This document shows, piece by piece, positions 19,256 to 27,078 of a stretch of DNA of 64,000 bases. The stretch is from contig CAZYCE010000001.1 of NCBI GenBank assembly GCA_964645605.1, positions 128,063 through 192,062 of the forward strand, written 5' to 3'. A program made the translations under genes and the position numbers. This DNA comes from an uncultured Gammaproteobacteria bacterium (GTDB lineage: Bacteria > Patescibacteriota > Microgenomatia > UBA8517). The notes beneath the pieces are model-generated. The model saw nothing but the letters and a program-made list of their open reading frames with translations, was not told the DNA's origin and made no database searches. The stretch's first letter is position 1; the number at the start of each line of letters is the position of its first letter.

Positions 19256-19612
19256 ATGCCTGCCACGCCAGAAGTTCAAAAACTGGGTCAGCCTGAGATA
19301 CAAGAAATTAATAAGGACGCAGAGTTTATTGTGCCCGAAACGCTTCAACAAAGTACCGGCGTACAGGTTGTCCAGAAAAATTTTAATGCTCAGATTAAAG
19401 ATGATCATGGGACTCCTTTAATACAAACTCCGCCCACTCGAGTAATTACGGTTCAACCTCCTGAGGTTTCGGATGAGCTGGAAAATTGGGCAAAAGGTTC
19501 GGCCGAATCCTCAAAGACATGGCTCGGGGCATTTTGGCTTAGGATTATCAAAAAAGCTCAGCTTTTTGGTTGGAAAATTCTTGGAAAGGAGAAAACAAAT
19601 GCAACCGCTTGA
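19256..19612 (+). CDS. small hypothetical protein, co-oriented with and overlapping the downstream ATPase
   Basis: 118 aa with an amphipathic/hydrophobic C-terminus (TWLGAFWLRIIKKAQLFGWKIL). Its stop overlaps the ATG of the next gene. Confidence 0.45.
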   Translation: MPATPEVQKLGQPEIQEINKDAEFIVPETLQQSTGVQVVQKNFNAQIKDDHGTPLIQTPPTRVITVQPPEVSDELENWAKGSAESSKTWLGAFWLRIIKKAQLFGWKILGKEKTNATA

Positions 19613-21935
19613 ATCTATTAATTATACGGAAGTATTTTTTATTATAGGTTTGGTTCTGCTTCTCATTTTTCTCTTGGCTACTCTCGGCTATTCACTTTTT
19701 ATTTTTTTCAAGAATAGAGATCGGGAAAAGGGATCTGTCGACTCAGTTCTTCTGCAAGTGGCGATTCCTCGTAATAATGAAGCAAAGATCGATGTTATGG
19801 AGCAGCTTTTTGCCGGGCTTTATTCAATAAAAAAGGGAGGCTGGAAACAAAAGTTCTCGGTACAGCCGGCAATCTCTTTTGAAATTGTTGCAAGGCAGGA
19901 GGACATCCGTTTCTATGTTTGGACCCCGACCAAGCTTAAAGATCTTGTAGAAAAACAAATAAACGGAGCCTACCCCGAGGCGGAGATCTTGGAAGTTGAC
20001 GAATACAACATTTTTGAAAACGACGGCAGGGTTGCTTATAAATCTCTGCAGCTTGGCAAAAGTAATTTCTATCCGCTTAAAACATTTAAAGACTTAGCCA
20101 CCGATCCCATGCTTGGGATTACTTCGGCATTAGCAAAGATGGGTTCCGGGGATGCCGCGGTTATCCAAATTATTATTTCTCCGGCCGAAAGCGACTGGCA
20201 GAAAGAAGGGGGTAAATTTATCAGTGATACCAAAAAACAGGAAAGTGATGCCGAAAAAGCGAAGTTTTCAACATCGGGCAAGACCTTGGAGTCTGTTGAG
20301 GCCAAAATTGCCAAGCCTGGCTTTGAGACGTCATTACGGATCGTTGCCGTATCTCAAAGCGAAGAAACAGCCAAGGGTATCGTTACCAATATTGTAGGTG
20401 CTTTTGCCCAGTTTGCAGGAGATCTCAATAGTTTTAAGAGCAGAAAAATTCACCGAAAAGCATCATTTATGGAGGATTTTCTTTATAGATATCAGCCGAT
20501 GTTTAATGTTTTTGGAAATCATGTATCAATATTAAACAGCGAAGAGCTAGCAACAATTTTTCACTTTCCGAATAAACAGGTAACCACTCCACACATTTAT
20601 TGGCTTAATTCCAAAACCGCTCCGGCTCCTTCTCAAATACCCATAGAGGGACTTTATTTAGGTCTAAGTTCTTATAGAGGAATTAAAAGACCGGTTTACT
20701 TAAGTAAAAAAGATCGAATGCAACACATTTATATTATTGGAAAGACCGGTGTGGGTAAATCAGAACTATTGAAAGATTTGGTTCTGCAGGACATAAAGGC
20801 CGGAAAGGGAGTTTGTTTTATGGATCCGCACGGAGACGCGGTTGAAGATATTTTAAAGCTTATTCCACCGGAGAGGGCGGAAGATGTAGTTTATTTTAAT
20901 CCAAGTGACGTAGAACGCCCTCTTGGAATGAATCTTCTTGAGGCAAGAACTGAGGATGAAAAACATTTTGCAGCCACTTCGATAATTAATCTCATGTACA
21001 AACTCTTTGATCCTTATAAAACTGGAATTGTTGGGCCCCGTTTTGAACATGGAGTAAGAAACGCCATGCTTACGGTAATGGCCGAGCCTGGAAACACCTT
21101 TGTTGAAGTTATGCGGGCAATGACCGATGCCAGCTATGTCCAAAAACTTCTTCCCAAAGTAACAGATCCTATTGTCAGGCGCTATTGGACAGACCAAATT
21201 GCACAGACTTCAGATTTCCATAAATCTGAAGTTTTGGATTATACGGTTTCAAAATTTGGCCGTTTTGTCACAAATAAGCTGATAAGAAATATCATCGGAC
21301 AATCTCAAAGCTCATTTGATGTCAGAAAAATTATGGATGACGGAAAAATTCTTCTTATTAATTTAGCCAAGGGTACTCTCGGTGAGGAAAATAGCAACTT
21401 TTTAGGGCTTCTTCTTGTTCCAAGGATTTTAATGGCCGCAATGAGCCGGGCCAATGTTCCGATGGAGCAGAGGCGTGATTTTTACTTTTATGTCGATGAG
21501 TTTCAAAACTTTGCCACACCCGACTTTGCAGTAATTTTGTCTGAGGCCAGAAAGTATGGATTAGGGCTTTGCGTTGCCAACCAGTTCATAGGTCAAGTGG
21601 AAGAGGAAGTTAAAAATGCAGTTTTCGGAAACGTAGGTACACTTATTGCTTTTAGGGTTGGAGTGACTGATGCCAATTATCTTCAGCACGAATTCACGCC
21701 CACTTTTGGAGAGGATGATTTATTAAATGTAGAGCGCTTCCATGCGTATGTAAAAACAATTGTTAATAATGAACCGGTACCTCCATTTTCCATGGATACT
21801 ACCAAGGACATAAGCAAGCTAAAAGAAACGGAAAATCCGAGAGTTGCCGAGATAATTAAAGAAATGAGCAGACTTAAGTACGGTAGGGACGAAAAACTTG
21901 TTGAAGCGGAAATCCAAAGAAGATCAAATCTTTAG
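19599..21935 (+). CDS. membrane-anchored P-loop ATPase of the TraD/VirD4/TrwB-like (T4SS coupling protein / DUF87) type
   Basis: N-terminal TM helix. Walker A is IGKTGVGKSEL and Walker B is FYFYVDEFQNF. The C-terminal GLGLCVANQFIGQ resembles the coupling-protein family. The ATG at 19599 has a GGAGA RBS, while the track start at 19473 lies in the overlap region. Confidence 0.6.
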   Translation: MQPLESINYTEVFFIIGLVLLLIFLLATLGYSLFIFFKNRDREKGSVDSVLLQVAIPRNNEAKIDVMEQLFAGLYSIKKGGWKQKFSVQPAISFEIVARQEDIRFYVWTPTKLKDLVEKQINGAYPEAEILEVDEYNIFENDGRVAYKSLQLGKSNFYPLKTFKDLATDPMLGITSALAKMGSGDAAVIQIIISPAESDWQKEGGKFISDTKKQESDAEKAKFSTSGKTLESVEAKIAKPGFETSLRIVAVSQSEETAKGIVTNIVGAFAQFAGDLNSFKSRKIHRKASFMEDFLYRYQPMFNVFGNHVSILNSEELATIFHFPNKQVTTPHIYWLNSKTAPAPSQIPIEGLYLGLSSYRGIKRPVYLSKKDRMQHIYIIGKTGVGKSELLKDLVLQDIKAGKGVCFMDPHGDAVEDILKLIPPERAEDVVYFNPSDVERPLGMNLLEARTEDEKHFAATSIINLMYKLFDPYKTGIVGPRFEHGVRNAMLTVMAEPGNTFVEVMRAMTDASYVQKLLPKVTDPIVRRYWTDQIAQTSDFHKSEVLDYTVSKFGRFVTNKLIRNIIGQSQSSFDVRKIMDDGKILLINLAKGTLGEENSNFLGLLLVPRILMAAMSRANVPMEQRRDFYFYVDEFQNFATPDFAVILSEARKYGLGLCVANQFIGQVEEEVKNAVFGNVGTLIAFRVGVTDANYLQHEFTPTFGEDDLLNVERFHAYVKTIVNNEPVPPFSMDTTKDISKLKETENPRVAEIIKEMSRLKYGRDEKLVEAEIQRRSNL

Positions 21936-21986
21936 TGGTTGATTTTTTTCCAGTTTTCCCATAGTATCGGGTATCAGGTATCTAAT

Positions 21987-22835
21987 ATGAATAAAATAGG
22001 CATTATCGGTAACGGATATGTAGGCACGGCTACGGGGAAGGGTTTTGCCACGAACCCTGAAAATCAGATCTTCAGTTATGATAAATATAAGGAATCTCCC
22101 AATACTTTAGATGAGGTAGTAAAAAAGTCGGGCTTTATTTTCATTTGTGTTCCTACTCCGATTTTTTCCGATTATTCGGGAATGGATATGAGTATTGTTG
22201 AAGAAGTAATCGGTGAGGTTGCCGATAGGGTTGACGGCCCGGGCAAAGTTGTAATCATCAAATCAACATCTCTTCCGGGTACTACTAAAAGAATGGCGGA
22301 AAGATATCCCCACCTTGATTTTGTTATGAATCCGGAATTCTTGACTCAGAAGAATGCAAATGCCGATTTCCTTAAGCCTTTTAGGACGGTTATTGGATGT
22401 AGTAAGAAAGAGGTGGGGGAGAAAGTGAAAGCTATCTATCAAACAATTCTTCCCTCCGATCAAAAATATATCATTACCGACACAACAAGTGCTGAATTAA
22501 TCAAGTATATGAGTAATCTAATTTTGGCTAGCAAAGTTCTCTTGGCAAATGAATTTTATGAACTTAGTAAAAAAGTTGGAGCAAATTATGCCGATGTTCA
22601 AAAAGGAGTTGAAGCTGATCCCAGGATCGGAACCCATTTAGGAGTTCCCGGACCCGATGGGGACAGGGGTTTTGGCGGAGCATGTTTTCCGAAAGATACG
22701 ATTGGGATACTGGGACTTGCCAAAAATTTAGGTGTAGATATGTCTGCACTTCGAGCTATTTGGGATAAAAATCTTAAAATTAGGAAAAATAGGGATTGGG
22801 AAAGTATGCCCCAAGCTTTTAAGAAGACAAAATGA
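21987..22835 (+). CDS. UDP-glucose/GDP-mannose dehydrogenase family protein, short (lacks the usual C-terminal UDP-binding domain)
   Basis: IGIIGNGYVGTATG NAD-binding N-terminus and the catalytic GFGGACFPKD motif. Only ~283 aa against ~400-450 typical. Start at the ATG at 21987. Confidence 0.65.
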   Translation: MNKIGIIGNGYVGTATGKGFATNPENQIFSYDKYKESPNTLDEVVKKSGFIFICVPTPIFSDYSGMDMSIVEEVIGEVADRVDGPGKVVIIKSTSLPGTTKRMAERYPHLDFVMNPEFLTQKNANADFLKPFRTVIGCSKKEVGEKVKAIYQTILPSDQKYIITDTTSAELIKYMSNLILASKVLLANEFYELSKKVGANYADVQKGVEADPRIGTHLGVPGPDGDRGFGGACFPKDTIGILGLAKNLGVDMSALRAIWDKNLKIRKNRDWESMPQAFKKTK

Positions 22836-22946
22836 CCCAATCTGCAAATTAATGGTATAAGCTAGCTTGTTACGCTCAACGAATGTTATAATAGCCTCAT
22901 CAGGCTTGTCGTTTACCGGTAAGACATTACTCTTATATTAAAATTT

Positions 22947-23021
22947 GGGCCAGTCGTTCAACGGTTAGGACACTTGTCTTATAAACAGGTAACAAAAGTT
23001 CGACTCTTTTCTGGCCCACCA
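22947..23021 (+). tRNA. tRNA-Ile (anticodon UAU), CCA encoded
   Basis: Hand-folded cloverleaf. Acceptor GGGCCAG/CTGGCCC, D-stem GTTC/GGAC and anticodon stem CTTGT/ACAGG, with loop CTTATAA giving anticodon TAT. T-arm AAAAG-TTCGACT-CTTTT, discriminator A, then CCA. Confidence 0.75.
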
Positions 23022-23107
23022 AATTTTAATGCGTCGTTAGACATCGTAAGGTAAATACAGATGGTTCAACCCCCTCCGAGCCCACAAATGAACGGTAACT
23101 TTAAAAT

Positions 23108-23971
23108 TTATAACTCAATGAGGGTTTGTTTCTTACCGGGCTCCGTTATCTGGGCAAGTTCAAGATAGCGCTCGGTTGTAGAAAGCCTTTTGTGCCCCGA
23201 AACCTGAGAAAGAAGAACAATATCAACTCCCGCCTTAAGATTCTCAATAATAAATGTAGTCCTCAAGTCATTAACCGAATAATTCGGAAGTTCTGCCCTT
23301 TGCATATATCTGGCAATTGATGCCCTGATATTTCTGACAGCCAGAGGTTTTCCGTTTTTACTGATAAAAACAAAAGCAGATTCGGCTTTCGGGCGGATCG
23401 ACATGTAGGCATTTAATACGTCCTTGGCTGGTTTATTAAGAGGTATGTTCCTTTCGGGTTGTGTTGCATAAGCCTCGATTTTAAGCGAGTTTTCTCCGAT
23501 ATTGGCTATTTTTAAACTAGCGACCTCTGAAATCCTTAAGCCTGTTTGTAAAATAAGCTCAATTATGGCCGCAATTCTTACATCGCTTCTTACAACATCC
23601 CTCAAGGCCCTATATTCAAGGGGGGAAAGGAACTTTGGAAGAGAACTTTCGATTTTGGGATGAGCGACAGATGCCGAAACATCCGAAGTGATGAGGTTTT
23701 CAGAAATCATCCAGCGGAAAAAAGTCTTAACGGCATTAAGCTTTCTACTTACTGACTTTGGTGTGTATTTGTCGTTCAAGAGTGTGTCACGGAATGAGTC
23801 AAGATCGTCGGGCCTAACCTGATCAGGCATGACTTTTCCGCGTCTTGTGAGGAAATCCACGAGCTGAGTTAAGTCGCTTCGGTAGGCCAGCACGGTTGCC
23901 GGAGAGCGCCTTTTTTCACTGAGCGAATCTATAAATTTCGGAAGCAGGTTTTTAATTGGTTCTTGCGCCAT
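23108..23971 (-). CDS. tyrosine site-specific recombinase (XerC/XerD/integrase family)
   Basis: 287 aa with an N-terminal SAM-like core-binding domain. The catalytic region carries R...HxxR...Y (HKRLSTTERY). Confidence 0.8.
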   Translation of the reverse strand: MAQEPIKNLLPKFIDSLSEKRRSPATVLAYRSDLTQLVDFLTRRGKVMPDQVRPDDLDSFRDTLLNDKYTPKSVSRKLNAVKTFFRWMISENLITSDVSASVAHPKIESSLPKFLSPLEYRALRDVVRSDVRIAAIIELILQTGLRISEVASLKIANIGENSLKIEAYATQPERNIPLNKPAKDVLNAYMSIRPKAESAFVFISKNGKPLAVRNIRASIARYMQRAELPNYSVNDLRTTFIIENLKAGVDIVLLSQVSGHKRLSTTERYLELAQITEPGKKQTLIEL

Positions 23972-24053
23972 ATATAATAGCTAATTAGCAGTTTGTGAGG
24001 CCATTATAGTCCAAATTTGGAAATAGTCAATGCATTACAGGATATAATTAATT

Positions 24054-24443
24054 ATGGCAGATAAAAAGCTCGAAACCATAAAGTTAAAATTAAAGAAATT
24101 TTTGGGATATGCCACATTGGGGCTAGTGGCCTTACTTCTTATTTCTACAGTCAAAAATGTAAATCGGGTAATAAACATCAGAAAACAGGTAGAGGTAGAA
24201 AGAGAAAGGGTTGAAAAAATGCAGGCCGAAAATGTCAAGTTGCAGGCTCAGATTGCCGAGGCTCAAGGCTCAGATTTTATAGATAAACAAATAAGAAATA
24301 AGCTTGGCCTTACTAAAGAGGGTGAAACTATAGTGATACTGCCCGATGAGTCAATTTTAAAAAGCCTGGCTCCGGCACTAGTAATTGATGAGGAAACTCT
24401 ACCGGATCCCAATTGGTTGAAGTGGAAAAAACTATTTTTCTAG
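24054..24443 (+). CDS. septum formation initiator (FtsB/DivIC/FtsL-like) coiled-coil protein
   Basis: N-terminal TM helix followed by a coiled coil (QVEVERERVEKMQAENVKLQAQIAEAQ) and a short C-terminal domain. Confidence 0.6.
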   Translation: MADKKLETIKLKLKKFLGYATLGLVALLLISTVKNVNRVINIRKQVEVERERVEKMQAENVKLQAQIAEAQGSDFIDKQIRNKLGLTKEGETIVILPDESILKSLAPALVIDEETLPDPNWLKWKKLFF

Positions 24444-24820
24444 CCTCGTGTTGCGGGGTTGGGAGTTGCGCCCAACCTGTGAGATTATGCAATCTGTAAT
24501 CTCTAATTACTTAGAGTGTCGGACTATATCATCATCCTGTGAGATACTACTACGTCTCATAGGAGCCTAGCGTCTAGTCTCTACGGACTCGCTACATTCA
24601 TATAAATTGAACGTAGATTGCCTCGGTATTGGCCTTAAATTATTAAATTAAGGGTGTCCACCGATACAGCTAAGTTCTTCCCGAAAATTACTCTTCGGGA
24701 GGCCCATTTCTACTAGCCTCACGTGCACTGTACACTACCCCGCATATATGCTAACAGCCCAAATTATAACATATTGATAAAATTTTGATAGGTACACTGT
24801 GCTATATAGTATCGCAAGTT

Positions 24821-24931
24821 ATGAATAGTTATGTTCAGAAAAATGAGGCTATTAAGTTGAGGAAACTGGGAAACAGCTATCGGAAGATGGCTAAAAAATT
24901 GAATGTATCCGCCAGTTCTATTTGTAACTGA
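24821..24931 (+). pseudogene. 36-aa remnant of an IS30-like/transposase-type helix-turn-helix domain
   Basis: MNSYVQKNEAIKLRKLGNSYRKMAKKLNVSASSICN resembles the N-terminal HTH of IS30-family transposases (LLKEGYSQREIARRLGRSPSTISREL). It is isolated inside an ORF-free 0.8 kb tract. Confidence 0.35.
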
Positions 24932-25226
24932 TGCGAAAATATTCAGTTGGCTCAAAAACAAAAAGATCTTTTAAAAAGAAAAACTAGAGATCTTTATTAT
25001 GAAGGCAGAGGAATTTACTTAACAAATTTAAAATACTAACAAAGCAAAAAATTGAGAGTCTTAAGAACCAAGGTATAAAAAAATCGGAAAGCTAAATAGA
25101 AGAGAATTGTTTTTGGTGGGAGCCGCTTTATATTGGGCGGAGGGTTTTAAAAAGGATGGCAAGTCGGTTTGGCTAGTCTCAATCCAACTATGATTAAATT
25201 TTTTATTAAATGGTTAGAATTATGTT

Positions 25227-25508
25227 TTGGATATAAATAAAAAAGAAGACCTATCTTTTAGAGTCACAGTCACTATTAGTCATAAAAACCGCATTTTAGA
25301 AATTCAAGAGTTTTGGTCGGGGGAATTGGATGTTCCATTAAAACAATTTCAAAAGCCTTTCTACCAAAATTTTAAATGGAAAAAAGTTTACGATAACCCT
25401 AATGAATATTTCGGAGCTTTGAGAGTAAAAGTTAGAAAAAGCAAAGACTTTTTGAGAAAGATCTACGGATTTATAGAAGGTTTGAGAATGCAAGCTCAAA
25501 AATGTTAG
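25227..25508 (+). CDS. hypothetical small protein
   Basis: 93-aa ORF with no recognisable motif. It sits between the degenerate tract and tRNA-Met. Confidence 0.3.
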   Translation: MDINKKEDLSFRVTVTISHKNRILEIQEFWSGELDVPLKQFQKPFYQNFKWKKVYDNPNEYFGALRVKVRKSKDFLRKIYGFIEGLRMQAQKC

Positions 25509-25556
25509 AATACGCATATGTCAAGATAGCTCATGAGGAATTCAAATTCCAAATTT

Positions 25557-25629
25557 GCCAACGTAGCTCAGTGGTAGCAGCGGACGTTTCATAAGCGTCA
25601 GGTCAGAGGTTCGATCCCTCTCGTTGGCA
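25557..25629 (+). tRNA. tRNA-Met (anticodon CAU; could alternatively be initiator or lysidine-modified Ile2)
   Basis: Acceptor GCCAACG/CGTTGGC and anticodon stem GGACG/GCGTC, with loop TTCATAA. T-arm AGAGG-TTCGATC-CCTCT. No encoded CCA. Confidence 0.75.
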
Positions 25630-25644
25630 CAGCAAATTTAAAAC

Positions 25645-25678
25645 GCCAAGGTCGAGAGTCCGAGTCTCTCCCTTGGCA
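25645..25678 (+). other. tRNA-like minihelix: diverged duplicate of the tRNA-Met acceptor/T-arm half
   Basis: GCCAAGG-TC-GAGAG-TCCGAGT-CTCTC-CCTTGGC-A folds as a 7-bp acceptor stem plus a 5-bp T-stem with a 7-nt T-loop. It lies 15 nt after the tRNA-Met and resembles its 3' half. Confidence 0.55.
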
Positions 25679-25688
25679 CAAAACTCAT

Positions 25689-26687
25689 ATGAAGAAACGA
25701 ATACTAACAGGGGATAGGCCGACAGGCAAAATGCACCTGGGGCACTTTGTAGGGAGCTTGAAAAATAGAGTAAAGCTTCAGGACGCTTATGACCAATTTG
25801 TGGAAATAGCCGATGTCCAGGCCTTAACCGATAACTTTGAGAATCCTCAAAAGGTCCGCGATAATGTTAAGGAGGTGCTTTTAGATTATTTGGCAGTCGG
25901 AATTGATCCTAAAAAGAGCACGATCTTTATCCAATCCATGATTCCGGAAATTGCGGAACTGACTGTTTTTTACCTCAATCTGGTTACTCTTGAAAGGGTC
26001 TTGAGAAATCCGACGGTTAAGGATGAAATAAAACAAAAAGGGTTTGAAAAAAATATTCCTGCCGGTTTTGCCATGTATCCAATTTCTCAGGCTGCAGATA
26101 TAACTGCCTTTAACGCCGATTTAATTCCGGTCGGTGCGGACCAGCTCCCTATGGTTGAACAAACGAGGGAGATTGTCAGGAAATTCAATTCTCTGTATGG
26201 GGAAATTTTTGTCCTGCCCGAGCCTCTTTTGGGAGACGTTAAGAGACTTCCTGGGATTGACGGAAACGTAAAGATGGGCAAATCTCTGGGAAATGCAATC
26301 TATCTTTCCGATTCGGAGGATGAGCTTAAAAAGAAAATAACGGGCATGTATACGGACCCTACCAGGATTCACCTGACAGATCCGGGCAAAATTGAAGGCA
26401 ACTCTGTTTTTGTCTATCACGATGTTTTTAATCCCAATAAAGCCGAGGTTGAGGATTTGAAAGAAAGATATCGGACCGGCAAGGTAGGGGATGTTGAGGT
26501 TAAAGAGAAGCTATTTATTGCAATTAATGAGTTTTTAAAGCCAATCAGAAAAAAAAGAAGCGAATTTGAAAGTAAAGACTCGCTTCTTGATCAAATTTTA
26601 ATTGACGGCAATGCCCGCGCACGCGAGGTCGCAAAAGAGACAATGAAGAAAGTTAAAAAGGTTATGAAAATTGATTATTTCGGTTAA
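25689..26687 (+). CDS. trpS: tryptophanyl-tRNA synthetase
   Basis: Class I HIGH (TGKMHLGH) and KMSKS-like (KMGKS) motifs, 332 aa. Confidence 0.9.
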   Translation: MKKRILTGDRPTGKMHLGHFVGSLKNRVKLQDAYDQFVEIADVQALTDNFENPQKVRDNVKEVLLDYLAVGIDPKKSTIFIQSMIPEIAELTVFYLNLVTLERVLRNPTVKDEIKQKGFEKNIPAGFAMYPISQAADITAFNADLIPVGADQLPMVEQTREIVRKFNSLYGEIFVLPEPLLGDVKRLPGIDGNVKMGKSLGNAIYLSDSEDELKKKITGMYTDPTRIHLTDPGKIEGNSVFVYHDVFNPNKAEVEDLKERYRTGKVGDVEVKEKLFIAINEFLKPIRKKRSEFESKDSLLDQILIDGNARAREVAKETMKKVKKVMKIDYFG

Positions 26688-26688
26688 T

Positions 26689-27057
26689 ATGGATAATATT
26701 TCCTACGACAAATTTGAACAGGTTAATATAAGGATTGGAACTGTTATTGAGGCAACAGTTCCGGAGTGGAGCCATTGGGTGATGAAACTCAAGGTGGATT
26801 TTGGCCGTGAAATTGGGGAAAAACAGTGTTTCTCGGGAATTATGAAGTTTTATAGACCGGAGGACGTAATCGGCAAACAGTTTCCGTTTGTCATAAATCT
26901 GGAACCTAGAAAAATGGGTCCCAAAAAAGAGGTATCTGAGGCAATGATGATTATGGCTGCACCCGGGGATGAACTACCTGGGGCGGAAGCTGAAGAAATT
27001 GCCCCAATTCTTTTCGAACTTCAGGCTAAAGTAGCAGACGGGACAAAAGTGCGCTAA
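26689..27057 (+). CDS. tRNA-binding domain protein (CsaA/Trbp111/EMAP-like)
   Basis: NIRIGTVIEA...FSGIM is the tRNA-binding OB-fold found at the MetRS C-terminus and in CsaA. The ATG at 26689 immediately follows the trpS stop. Confidence 0.7.
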   Translation: MDNISYDKFEQVNIRIGTVIEATVPEWSHWVMKLKVDFGREIGEKQCFSGIMKFYRPEDVIGKQFPFVINLEPRKMGPKKEVSEAMMIMAAPGDELPGAEAEEIAPILFELQAKVADGTKVR

Positions 27058-27078
27058 TAGTGTACAATTAACGCTCGT

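Noticed and set aside
23031-23100. Possible second tRNA or att repeat between tRNA-Ile and the recombinase (GGTTCAACCCCCTCCGAGCCCA)
   Set aside because: No complementary acceptor strands or complete T-arm could be folded on either strand. There is no convincing repeat of the tRNA-Ile 3' end, so it is left unannotated.
24457-24477. Hairpin GGTTGGG-AGTTGCG-CCCAACC right after the FtsB-like gene as an intrinsic terminator
   Set aside because: A stable stem, but it is not followed by a U-tract. It is kept only as part of the structured non-coding tract finding.
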